Shown here: positions 26,941-35,997 of the stretch, in pieces | Numbering within the stretch: position 1 is the first letter of the stretch | Layout: every line of letters starts with the position of its first letter | DNA from: Gammaproteobacteria bacterium | GTDB taxonomy: Bacteria > Pseudomonadota > Gammaproteobacteria > JAJFKG01 | Length of the DNA: 64,000 bases | Direction of reading: 5' to 3' | Assembly: GCA_965116795.1 (NCBI GenBank) | Contig: OZ220716.1 | Coordinates: forward strand, 1,130,503-1,194,502 | Made by a program: the position numbers and the translations under genes | The notes under the pieces: model-generated | The model's input: the letters and a program-made list of their open reading frames with translations, nothing else | What the model was told of the DNA's origin: nothing | Database searches by the model: none

Positions 26941-29712
26941 GATGATGCGTATATTTGTGGCGGCGGAGGCTACTGTCCCTCTACTTCAGTCACAGGGGAT
27001 GTTTTAGCCCTTGGTCTATTGCGGTCGGAGTCGGTCTCTGTGCTTGTGCAGGGGGCGCTAAAAAACTATAGAGAGAACCGTGAAAACGGGGCCGAGCAAG
27101 ACAATCCAAAAAGACCTTTTCCAAGCGCCGAATTCTACGCATTAAATATCAAAAAGAGTAGCTTGCAAAGCTACAGCAAATGGCCCGATAAACAAGGCCG
27201 CCGCTGGTGGAAACTCACCTTGGACGATGGCGGAAAAAACAAGGATTTTTATTGGGCAAAGGATGACGTCCGCGGTTATCCTGACAAAAATGATAAAGAC
27301 CGCTACTGGTTCATTGTGCATTATGCCCCCACTGGTACCAAAATGGAAGGTTTTGCCCTAGAGCCTGACCGAGCAAAAGGCTTTCCTGATACTAAGAAAA
27401 GATACTGGCACCGTGTTGTCTTCACCGATACCGAGAACCCAGCTATTCGGGCGTGGATGGCAGAAAAAGATTTAAATTACCTCGACCGTATTCAAAAAGA
27501 AAATCCTGCGCTGTACAATCAAGAAATTGCCGACCTCAAACGTCAAAATGACCCTAACAGCATACTCCCGCAACATGAAGCCAGGCAACGTGAACGTGGC
27601 GTTGTTATCGGTGGTGAACCCAAAAAACAGGCTGTCAGCGTAGCATCTAAAAAAGAAGGGAAAGAAAAAAAAGAAAAACGCAAGAAGAAGGAAGAGTCCG
27701 TCAAGAAAAAATCCAGTCGACGTCGCCATCTTGAAACAGAATCTGCGTTACCCGATGTGCCCAAGGGCAAAGTTAAGGTGATCCATGCTTACCTATCCCC
27801 TCCCGACTCTGACCATTTGTCTTTGTCTGTAGGAAACGTATTGGACTTACGCAATGATGAAGGCAATTGGTGGCAATGTTGTAATGAGCGTGGTGAGGTT
27901 GGATTAGTGCCCAGCAACCATGTGGTAAAAGTGAGTGAAGTAGTCTCCCCGATGGCTACGTTACCGCTCGCGCCAGTTGTGGCAGGTGAGTCACCATTCC
28001 CGCCCCCGGTGAATCGACTGCAGCTGGCGCAACAAGCGGCGGCGAAGTTACAGGTTAGCAGTCCTTCTTGGAGTGACTCAGGCTCAGCTTCGCCGTCTCC
28101 ATTGCACAGTGGTCCGGAAGAGGAGACGCCGCCGCGCAAAGGTAGCACGATAGGGGTGTTAGACAATCGTGGCACTGGCCAGGTGGATATGCTGTTGAAT
28201 CATGCTGATTTAATCTTTGGCAAGAGATTAGGGGAAGGTGGCTTTGGTGAAGTCTGTCGTGGGGATTGGTTAGGGACGGATGTGGCGATTAAGAAGTTAT
28301 TGCAACGTAAGTTAACCGCGAAGTTAGAGCAAGAATTTCGTCATGAGGCAGGGGTGATGGTGCAATTGCGTCATCCGAATGTATTAACCCTGTATGGGAT
28401 TGTGTTAGTGCCTGAGGCGTGCATGGTATTAGAGTTCATGGCGAAAGGGTCGCTGTATGATGTGTTGCACAGTCAAACGCCGATGAGTTGGCAGATGCGT
28501 TATCAGATAGGGTTAGATGCAGCCAAGGGGTTAGTGTACTTACATGGCAAGCATATATTACATCGAGATTTGAAGAGTTTGAATGTGCTGCTAGATAAAG
28601 ATTATCAAGCGAAGCTAGCGGACTTTGGGTTATCTAAGATAAAGGTATCTTCGAGTCAAACGCATAACGCGGGGATAGCAGGGACGACGCAGTGGATAGC
28701 GCCGGAGTTATTCTCTGAGGACAAGCCACGGTATACACCGGCCTGTGATGTCTACAGTTATGCGATGGTGTTGTGGGAGCTCATGAGTCGACAAGTGCCG
28801 TTTCATGAGATAGGGAATCGCTCCCTGATACCAGTGCGGGTGATGCAGGGTAAACGTGAAGCCATCCCACCCAATTCACCGGAGAGTTTGAAGGTGTTGT
28901 TGGTAGGCTGTTGGGCACAGCAGCCAGAGGGTAGACCTAAGATGAAAGCGGTGGTCAGTGAGTTAAAAGCTCATCCGGTAACGGATAACACGCCGATACC
29001 TTCTCCGCATAGTCACACGGTATCGTCTGCCAGCAGCAGTTCATCGATGTGGTATGACGACAGCATGGAGCAAAGCAGTGATGTGGCGCGGAGTAAGACG
29101 CCGGGTCAAGTATCGCCCGGTGTGTCACCACCGCCGGTGAGCACGGGTTGGTTTGACAGTGCAACACCCGCCCCCATGCTGTCACCATCAGTGACACCCA
29201 AAACCGGTCAACCTAAACGCGAGCAAACGCACGATAGTGGCTGGTGGATGCAAAGTGGAACGGGCTCAGCAGAAGGTCAGCGTGGAGGCGCGAGTCGAGG
29301 GGGGCAAGTTGATAGTGGCTATGTTGGGATATCGGTATCCTCTTCCTCAGGCAGTAACTTGGCGATACCAGAGAGTCGTTCCTCTATGACGATGTTTAAG
29401 TCATCAGAACCACGCGGTGGTGTATCCTCAGCTTCGGCATCGGGATCGGCACCACAGCTAGGTGATGATAAAGTTGTGTATAAAGCGGTGGCAAAGGGTG
29501 ATTATAAAGCACGTGATGCGAGACAATTATCGTTTATGAAGGGGGATAAGCTCACGGTGATTGAGAAACAGCCCTCTGGGTGGTGGGTATGCGAACTAAA
29601 TGGGAAACAAGGATTAACGCCGGGGAGTTGGTTGCAGATGGTAGAGCCAGAAGCACCCCAACAACAGGCTAGCGGTGAGTCTTCGTCTAGCATGAGCAGT
29701 GGGTATGTGTAG
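26926..29712 (+). CDS. Paralogous eukaryote-like kinase: novel N-terminal domain, Lys-rich patch, SH3, TKL-type kinase, C-terminal SH3
   Basis: GEGGFG, VAIK, HRDLKSLN, DFG, APE; SH3 motifs; same C-terminus ESSSSMSSGYV as 23584..26721. Confidence 0.92.
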   Translation: MKTQNDDAYICGGGGYCPSTSVTGDVLALGLLRSESVSVLVQGALKNYRENRENGAEQDNPKRPFPSAEFYALNIKKSSLQSYSKWPDKQGRRWWKLTLDDGGKNKDFYWAKDDVRGYPDKNDKDRYWFIVHYAPTGTKMEGFALEPDRAKGFPDTKKRYWHRVVFTDTENPAIRAWMAEKDLNYLDRIQKENPALYNQEIADLKRQNDPNSILPQHEARQRERGVVIGGEPKKQAVSVASKKEGKEKKEKRKKKEESVKKKSSRRRHLETESALPDVPKGKVKVIHAYLSPPDSDHLSLSVGNVLDLRNDEGNWWQCCNERGEVGLVPSNHVVKVSEVVSPMATLPLAPVVAGESPFPPPVNRLQLAQQAAAKLQVSSPSWSDSGSASPSPLHSGPEEETPPRKGSTIGVLDNRGTGQVDMLLNHADLIFGKRLGEGGFGEVCRGDWLGTDVAIKKLLQRKLTAKLEQEFRHEAGVMVQLRHPNVLTLYGIVLVPEACMVLEFMAKGSLYDVLHSQTPMSWQMRYQIGLDAAKGLVYLHGKHILHRDLKSLNVLLDKDYQAKLADFGLSKIKVSSSQTHNAGIAGTTQWIAPELFSEDKPRYTPACDVYSYAMVLWELMSRQVPFHEIGNRSLIPVRVMQGKREAIPPNSPESLKVLLVGCWAQQPEGRPKMKAVVSELKAHPVTDNTPIPSPHSHTVSSASSSSSMWYDDSMEQSSDVARSKTPGQVSPGVSPPPVSTGWFDSATPAPMLSPSVTPKTGQPKREQTHDSGWWMQSGTGSAEGQRGGASRGGQVDSGYVGISVSSSSGSNLAIPESRSSMTMFKSSEPRGGVSSASASGSAPQLGDDKVVYKAVAKGDYKARDARQLSFMKGDKLTVIEKQPSGWWVCELNGKQGLTPGSWLQMVEPEAPQQQASGESSSSMSSGYV

Positions 29713-29820
29713 GAAAGTGGGGTCGTGGCGCTTATTGTCAGTCAACCTTTCAGGTTGTATTGATTGAGGGTGATTGTTAGTGAATAACGTGTTGGTATAG
29801 TCAGGAATAATAGGAGAGAT

Positions 29821-31752
29821 GTGATGGACCCAGTGAGTAGTGCTAAAACGATTATGATAGTGACAAAAGCGATTTACGACCATGCGAAGTTGGTGCAATG
29901 CAATAAAGCGCAATGTAAGCGTTTGGCACAGCGGGTAGACATGATTACGACCTCGGTGGAAGAGTTGCTGAAAGAGGCGTCAAAAAGAGGCCCGGGTGCA
30001 CAGGACATGTATGCAGTGGCGTTAGCGGCGTTTAAGGTCACGTTGGATGATGCCTTGAAGTTAGTGCAGAGTTTTGGTGGCAAAGGCTGGGCGCACCGTG
30101 TGGTGCGTGCACATTCACATCAAGGTAAGTTTCAAGGGCTTTACCGCCGTTTAGAAGAAGACATCACCCAGTTGAACTTAGGGTTGAATATTAAGCAAGT
30201 GTTAGACCATAAAGACGATGTGGCTGACCAGCAGCAAGACTATCAAGCCTTGTTAGCGCGGCAAGATGAAATCCTCAAAGGCAATCAAGAAGCCAATGCG
30301 GCATTGCAGCGGTTAGAGTTGGATGATGCCAAACGCCATGATGTCTTAGCTAAGCAGTTAGAATCGATGCAATTGGCATTGGCACAGTTAAACCCTTTGA
30401 GCCAAAAAAGTAAGAAAGCGGATATCAGTCCTAAGTTGTTGGTACCGTTTTTTGAGTTAGCGATAGATGAGGTGTTAGCCGAAGGCAGTTTTGGCAAAGT
30501 GTACTTAGGGCGTTATCGAGAGCAGCAGGTCGCCATCAAGTTATTAGAGCGCGAGTTAACAGTTGATGAGCGCAAAGAGTTTATCCGTGAAGTGCGGATT
30601 ATGAAAGACTTGCGCAGTGATTACATTGTGCCGTTGTATGCAGTGTGTGATGAGCCCGGTAGAGCGTGTGTGGTGATGAAGCACATGGCCAAGGGGTCAT
30701 TGCGCTCGGTGTTAGATGGAAAAGCCATGCTGACAGCCAGTCAACGTCATCAATTGGTATTGGATGTGGTGTTAGGGTTGATGTACTTACACAGTGAAGG
30801 AATATGGCATCGGGATTTGAAGAGTGCCAACGTGTTAATCGACAGTGAGGGACGCGCCCGGTTAAGTGACTTTGGATTATCGAAGAGCGCGAGCAGTCAA
30901 GTCACCACATTGGACAAACACAGTGATGCCCTAGAGTGGATGGCACCGGAGATTGTGTTGAGTGGTGGAGATAAGCAAGCCTTTACCGCCGAAGCGGATA
31001 TTTACAGTTTAGGGATGGTGTTGTGGGAAATCATGACAGGTCAAACACCGTATGCGGGATGTGATGATGGGCAAGTTTACTTGAAGATGAAGCAAGGTGG
31101 GCGCGAAGTGATACCAGAGAGCGTGCCGGAGGTGTATCGCGAGTTAATCAAAGCCTGTTGGCAAGAAGAGAAGTTCAAGCGGCCAAGCTTAATTGATGTT
31201 GTGCAACGTTTACGGGCGTATGAGCCGCCCAGTATAGTCAAGGTTGAAGAGTCTGTCCCTGTCGCGAGCAATCAAGCGGGGTTTTTCTCAGTGCCGCAAT
31301 CAAGCAGCAGTAGTAGTGCACAAGCCGATATGATAATGGTTCCCCTATTGCCGGAAGCCGTAGTCGAAAACGTATATGCGGCCGCGATGACCTGTGAACA
31401 GGCGAAACAATATGCACAAGCGGCGAGCTGTTATCAGCAAGCGATACAGCATGGGCATGTGAAAGCGAAAACGGGGTTAGCGATGTTGCATTTGCAAAAG
31501 CGGGTTGAACAACCGGATAAGGTAAAAGCCCATCAATTGTTATTGGAAGCGGCCGAAGCCGGACACGGACGGGCGATGCAAAATGTCGCCAGGCAGTTTG
31601 AAAAAGGTGACGGGGTTGAAGCCAATCCAGAGCGGGCGTGTTATTGGTATGGCAGAGGGGCTGAGGTGACCGGTGATAAACGGGCATTAGAGAAGTATCA
31701 AACCTTGACGATGTCACTGTCAGGCTCAAGTGGGGCGTTGGCGATGTCGTGA
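29821..31752 (+). CDS. MLKL-like protein: four-helix bundle/HeLo-like domain, brace, intact kinase, Sel1-like repeats
   Basis: CNKAQCKRLAQRV, ALAAFKVTLDDA, KFQGLYRRL resemble the MLKL N-terminal domain; EGSFG, VAIK, HRDLKSAN, DFG, APE; AAEAGHGRA...GDGVEANPERACYWY. Confidence 0.85.
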   Translation: MMDPVSSAKTIMIVTKAIYDHAKLVQCNKAQCKRLAQRVDMITTSVEELLKEASKRGPGAQDMYAVALAAFKVTLDDALKLVQSFGGKGWAHRVVRAHSHQGKFQGLYRRLEEDITQLNLGLNIKQVLDHKDDVADQQQDYQALLARQDEILKGNQEANAALQRLELDDAKRHDVLAKQLESMQLALAQLNPLSQKSKKADISPKLLVPFFELAIDEVLAEGSFGKVYLGRYREQQVAIKLLERELTVDERKEFIREVRIMKDLRSDYIVPLYAVCDEPGRACVVMKHMAKGSLRSVLDGKAMLTASQRHQLVLDVVLGLMYLHSEGIWHRDLKSANVLIDSEGRARLSDFGLSKSASSQVTTLDKHSDALEWMAPEIVLSGGDKQAFTAEADIYSLGMVLWEIMTGQTPYAGCDDGQVYLKMKQGGREVIPESVPEVYRELIKACWQEEKFKRPSLIDVVQRLRAYEPPSIVKVEESVPVASNQAGFFSVPQSSSSSSAQADMIMVPLLPEAVVENVYAAAMTCEQAKQYAQAASCYQQAIQHGHVKAKTGLAMLHLQKRVEQPDKVKAHQLLLEAAEAGHGRAMQNVARQFEKGDGVEANPERACYWYGRGAEVTGDKRALEKYQTLTMSLSGSSGALAMS

Positions 31753-31904
31753 AACCAAGACAGACAAGCTGATTATGAATTGCGCGAATCAAGCTATTTT
31801 ATCGGGCGGCGTTAGGAATTTGGATCCAAGCCGCGTCACCGGCAAAATACGCTTCACGGTGCCCTATGTTTGAGATTTAGCGAGCGATTCTCTGTGGGTA
31901 AATA

Positions 31905-31933
31905 TTGACAAATGTACGCCATTGGCGTACCAT
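31905..31933 (+). promoter_or_regulatory. TA promoter with overlapping palindromic operator
   Basis: TTGACA (31905-31910), 17 nt, TACCAT (31928-31933); GTACGCCA-T-TGGCGTAC (31914-31930). Confidence 0.8.
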
Positions 31934-31939
31934 GTACTT

Positions 31940-32260
31940 ATGGTAATAAAAGAAACACATATTTTTACCCGGATCATTCAAAAGCTTATGACGGATGGTG
32001 AGTATCGAGTACTTCAGGAAGTACTGGTTGATAACCCTAAGTTGGGTGATGTTATTCGAAGTAGCGCAGGCTTAAGAAAAGTTCGATGGAAGATACCCGG
32101 CAAGGGCAAAAGAGGCGGACTCAGAATTATTTATTACTATTTTGAGCAGGATATGCAAATCTATATGATTTTTGCTTACAAGAAAAATGAGCAGAGCGAT
32201 TTAACAATAGAGCAAGTTAAAACGTTGAAGAGAGTCGTAGAAGAGGAACTATTAAAATGA
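31940..32260 (+). CDS. higB: RelE/HigB-family toxin
   Basis: NPKLGDVI...GLRKVRW...GKGKRGGLRIIYY...IFAYKKNE; toxin-first order. Confidence 0.85.
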   Translation: MVIKETHIFTRIIQKLMTDGEYRVLQEVLVDNPKLGDVIRSSAGLRKVRWKIPGKGKRGGLRIIYYYFEQDMQIYMIFAYKKNEQSDLTIEQVKTLKRVVEEELLK

Positions 32261-32550
32261 ACGATGATGACTTTAATAATCTATTGAAAAGTATTAGCCA
32301 AGCGGCTGGAATAAAGCGTGGTGAAAGGCGCCCATCTAGAAAATACGAGTTTAGTCCTTTAGACGTAAAAAAAATACGTGAAGATACTGGATTGTCACAG
32401 AGGCAGTTTTCAAAGGTGATACATGTCAGTATTAAGACATTACAAAACTGGGAACAAGGGCGTCGTTATCCACAGGGTCCTGCATTAGCATTGTTGACCA
32501 TCTTAAAAAAAGATCCACAGCAGGTTGTCAGAAGCTTAAATGGCAGATAG
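32257..32550 (+). CDS. higA: HigA-type HTH antitoxin
   Basis: VKKIREDTGLSQRQFS...TLQNWEQGRRYPQGPALALL; ATGA overlap with toxin. Confidence 0.85.
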   Translation: MNDDDFNNLLKSISQAAGIKRGERRPSRKYEFSPLDVKKIREDTGLSQRQFSKVIHVSIKTLQNWEQGRRYPQGPALALLTILKKDPQQVVRSLNGR

Positions 32551-32680
32551 AGGAGATTTCTTTCTTTGGATTCAGATTGAAAAAGGCAAGCTCGAGGTAG
32601 CTAAAAGTCTGCTAGCCCAAGGCTTGGACCTCAATATGGCCTCAAAAGCGACTAGCCCGCCTGTGGATAACTTTTGGTGA
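32540..32680 (+). pseudogene. Rpn/YhgA-family C-terminal-like fragment (46 aa)
   Basis: IEKGKLEVAKSLLAQGLDLNMASKAT resembles the Rpn C-terminal helical tail. Confidence 0.5.
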
Positions 32681-32819
32681 TTGCAAAAAAGTCGTGATAA
32701 ATCTCTATAAAATCATAATGTTAAAGAAAAGGTGCATTTTAGCAAAAACAAGGTGCACTACTTTCTATGGCACGCCATTACTCGTTTACTAACCTTTCTG
32801 TAACCAAATTTGCCCCCTA

Positions 32820-32848
32820 AAAAAGCCTTAGTAATACAAAGGCTTTTT
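32820..32848. terminator. Possible bidirectional terminator-like hairpin between convergent genes
   Basis: AAAAAGCCTT-N9-AAGGCTTTTT. Confidence 0.45.
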
Positions 32849-33121
32849 GGTATAATCTCATGACTTCGGACCACCCAATTTCGGCGATTTTTCGTGATTT
32901 TCTCCCCTAATATCGCCGATCCTCTGAAAACTCCGTACTTTAGCAAACGAAGTACGGGGGTATTAGGTCATGATGTTGTAGGGATTTATCGCCGTACTAG
33001 TTCGAACTTGAAAGTGGGGGCGCGTGGACAGTAATGCGCTACTTTTGTGTGTACGGCAATTAAAGGTGCAAACTCACTAATGTGCTTGAATTTCTAGGAT
33101 AGTCCATGCTAATTTTTTCAT

Positions 33122-35773
33122 TTATTGAATGCTGCACCAAGTAACATTTTCTTGAATTTCTTCTGTTGATTGTATGGCTTTATTTTTTTCTATTGAATCT
33201 TCATAAGAAGTATCAATTGTTTCAGATTCTTTCGATTGAGACTGCTCTTGTGGATCACAAGAATTGTTTCTGATAGATACACTTTCAATAGGAGATTGCG
33301 CTGGTTTTTCTTTATCTTCTAATGAAGCATTAGGTTTTTGTGAAGTTACTTTTTTCTGAGGATTTTCTTCATTTTGGTTCGTCACAAGAGAGATATCTTC
33401 ACCAGGACTATGAAATACTGAAGAATGTTTAACAAGCAATTCACTTTCAATTTTTGGAGGTTGCTTCTCATCTGTATCTATCAGCAAACTTTCTTCTTTG
33501 ATGGAAGTTTCTTCTGCTGTCAAAATAGTCTCTTTTTTTGAAATAGCCATTTTCTCTTCTTTTTCCTGAGAAATTTCAGCCTGCACTTTCTGACTGCTAT
33601 CAAAATAATTGGCTATCATTTTGTGAAAATCATTTTTGCTAAAACCAATTTTTTCTTTTTGAGAAGTTCGTTTAACAACAGGGCTAATTTGTTGATTGAA
33701 TTCAATTAAGCCCTCGACAGGCAGGTTTGTGTATTGTTGATATAAAGTGAGGATTTTCTGGGCGCTTTGATCGTTTTGTTTTGCAGCTTGTTCTAACCAA
33801 TGTATACCTTCTTGAAAAGTGTCGTAATTTGCAACCAGCCCAATACCTAAATCAAATTGTGCTTTGTTGTAATTCATTTCTGCTGCTTTTCTAAAATATT
33901 CATTAGCTGTTAATATATTTTGCATGTAATCAGCGTGGCTTTCTGGGGGGAAGGCATGTGTTGTATAGCTCAGGATTACTCCAATAGCATGAAACGCCTT
34001 GTAACATGCCATATGTGGGCCGACAGAACTAATGGCATTACTTGTCTGTTTAATAGCGCTTGTTAAGTAATAGGATGGGTCTTGGAACTCTTGTGTGATT
34101 AATGGTTGTTCAAGGAAAACTTTTATCCCTAATAAAAACAGAGCAGCAGGGTGATTCGCTGCCGCAGCTTTTTTGAGTAGAGAATATATTTCAGAATCAT
34201 TCTGGCTGTTTTTCTGATAGAGTTCAAGATACAAAGCGCACATGAACATAGAGTCAACGTCACTCGCTTCTGCTCCTTTTTGCCAATACTCAAATGCTTT
34301 TTGTAAGTTGGTTTTTCCAAAATAAAATCCCAACTCTTTATACGCTTCTGATTGACCTGTTTTAGCAGTTGATTTAAGGATTACAACACCTTTTTGCTGC
34401 CTTTGAGTTGTTGCTTTCTTTGATTTTGCGGGATTGTTCAACATGAAGGTGCCTAAAATTAACTTTGTGAATGGTAGTAATTTCTCAAGGATATCATCAA
34501 TTGGCTGTGCTGCTAATAGTTCTAATAACTGTTCTCTTTTATCATCTTCTTCGAAATTTAATTGCAATAGGCTTTCTTGTGCTAAGATTGAACCTGCTTT
34601 TGTGCCATTTATAAAAGAGGATCGCGCTTTGTCAATCTTCTTACATTCTAGATAATATTGCCCGATGAAAAAATTGGCATGAGTACTACCAAATGCATCT
34701 GCTTTATTTAGCCACTCTAATCCTTTCTTTACATTTTTTTTACATCCATTACCACTTAAATAGTAATCACCAATTAGCATCATTGCATCAATATCACCCC
34801 CTTCAGCTGCCAATGAAATCCAAGTGAAACTTTTCTTGATATCAATGCATGTGCCATGACCTATCTGATGAAAGAGACCAATTTGGTATTGACTATATGC
34901 GTCACCTAAATTTGCAGCACGCAAATACCATTGGTACGTTTTTTCAGGATCTTTTTTTGCTATGATACCTTGATAGAAGAAATTGCCAACACGACGCATA
35001 GCCATAATGTTACCCCAGTTAGCACTTTTTGCAGCCCATGCAATGCCAAGGTTAGCATCGATGTTTGTCCCCCAACCATTGAGATAAATGGAAGATAATG
35101 TATAGGCAGAGCCGGCATGTTTTTTATTAGCTGCCTTAGTTAACCATTCAATAGCAAGTTTGTCGTTTTGTCTGACACCTTCACCAATAAGGTATAAATG
35201 ACCGATTTGTCCTAATGCGTCAACGTGTCCCTGATTAGCAGCAGCTAAAAACCATTTAAATGCGGCTTTGTGGTTAATGTTAACGCTGCCAAATCCACTC
35301 GAATAAAAACAGGCTAATTCAAATTGTGCATTTGGATCTTCTTTTCTTTCTGCTTTCTCTTTAATAGCTATAAAGTATTGTTGACAAAATGCTGCATCTT
35401 CTTCTGCATCGAATTGGTAATCAGGAGTTTTGAGTTTTGCAGTGTAATAACCATCTTTTCTTTCATAATGTTCAATTAACGGTTTTAATTCATCACTTTC
35501 TAGCCAAATTTCACATGCGTCGAAAATAACACCTCGATTGCCCTTTGCATTAATATGGTTACCTCGTCCTGTAATAATTCGGCAGTTATACCAACCATCA
35601 GCACATGCTTTCCTAACATGTTTAAAAACAGCTTCTTTTGCTTGTAAAACAGATTTACCATGTAAATCTATATATAAAAGCGTCCGAGTAGATTTTTTTG
35701 TAAGTTGCGTTATGATAGCTGAACCCATTAATGCAAGATTATCTGTTTTATCATTTAGTTCACTTTGAAACAT
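33122..35773 (-). CDS. Smr domain + Sel1-like repeats + acidic tail + C-terminal CaaX (CSIQ)
   Basis: IDLHG...IITGRGNH Smr motifs; many A..QG..DA...LG..Y..G.G Sel1 repeats; ends WCSIQ*. Confidence 0.88.
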   Translation of the reverse strand: MFQSELNDKTDNLALMGSAIITQLTKKSTRTLLYIDLHGKSVLQAKEAVFKHVRKACADGWYNCRIITGRGNHINAKGNRGVIFDACEIWLESDELKPLIEHYERKDGYYTAKLKTPDYQFDAEEDAAFCQQYFIAIKEKAERKEDPNAQFELACFYSSGFGSVNINHKAAFKWFLAAANQGHVDALGQIGHLYLIGEGVRQNDKLAIEWLTKAANKKHAGSAYTLSSIYLNGWGTNIDANLGIAWAAKSANWGNIMAMRRVGNFFYQGIIAKKDPEKTYQWYLRAANLGDAYSQYQIGLFHQIGHGTCIDIKKSFTWISLAAEGGDIDAMMLIGDYYLSGNGCKKNVKKGLEWLNKADAFGSTHANFFIGQYYLECKKIDKARSSFINGTKAGSILAQESLLQLNFEEDDKREQLLELLAAQPIDDILEKLLPFTKLILGTFMLNNPAKSKKATTQRQQKGVVILKSTAKTGQSEAYKELGFYFGKTNLQKAFEYWQKGAEASDVDSMFMCALYLELYQKNSQNDSEIYSLLKKAAAANHPAALFLLGIKVFLEQPLITQEFQDPSYYLTSAIKQTSNAISSVGPHMACYKAFHAIGVILSYTTHAFPPESHADYMQNILTANEYFRKAAEMNYNKAQFDLGIGLVANYDTFQEGIHWLEQAAKQNDQSAQKILTLYQQYTNLPVEGLIEFNQQISPVVKRTSQKEKIGFSKNDFHKMIANYFDSSQKVQAEISQEKEEKMAISKKETILTAEETSIKEESLLIDTDEKQPPKIESELLVKHSSVFHSPGEDISLVTNQNEENPQKKVTSQKPNASLEDKEKPAQSPIESVSIRNNSCDPQEQSQSKESETIDTSYEDSIEKNKAIQSTEEIQENVTWCSIQ

Positions 35774-35997
35774 GATATATAACTCCTTTTAACGATAAGA
35801 TAATATTGTCCTTATGAAAATTTGTTTCGCAGAAATGTCATTTTTTGCGTAACCTAGTTATAAGTCAAGCAGAATACGAATTTAAAGCAAAGAATTGACC
35901 GATAAGCCAACCCAAATACAATTAATTATTTGCTCATATAAGGTTTGACCGGACGTCCGCGTTAAATTAGTTCCACATCAGCGAAAACCAATTATGT

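Larger units (their letters stand above)
1..32700 (+). mobile_element. Prophage A, right part (tail, lysis, eukaryote-like cargo); left part lies outside the window, right boundary approximate
   Basis: Co-oriented siphovirus tail gene order (terminator, tube, chaperones, tape measure, minor tail, NlpC/P60, J-like), then holin and lysozyme; no att site identified. Confidence 0.8.

Noticed and set aside
23584-29712. RHIM amyloid motifs linking the kinases
   Set aside because: The only similar tetrads (YQVG, YQIG) lie inside the kinase fold; no (I/V)Q(I/V)G core in the linkers
32662-32670. DnaA box TGTGGATAA as an origin
   Set aside because: Single box with no cluster
32849-32878. tRNA 3' fragment / att core between the prophages
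   Set aside because: Minus strand ends in ACCA next to a hairpin, but no T-arm can be folded and no second copy was found
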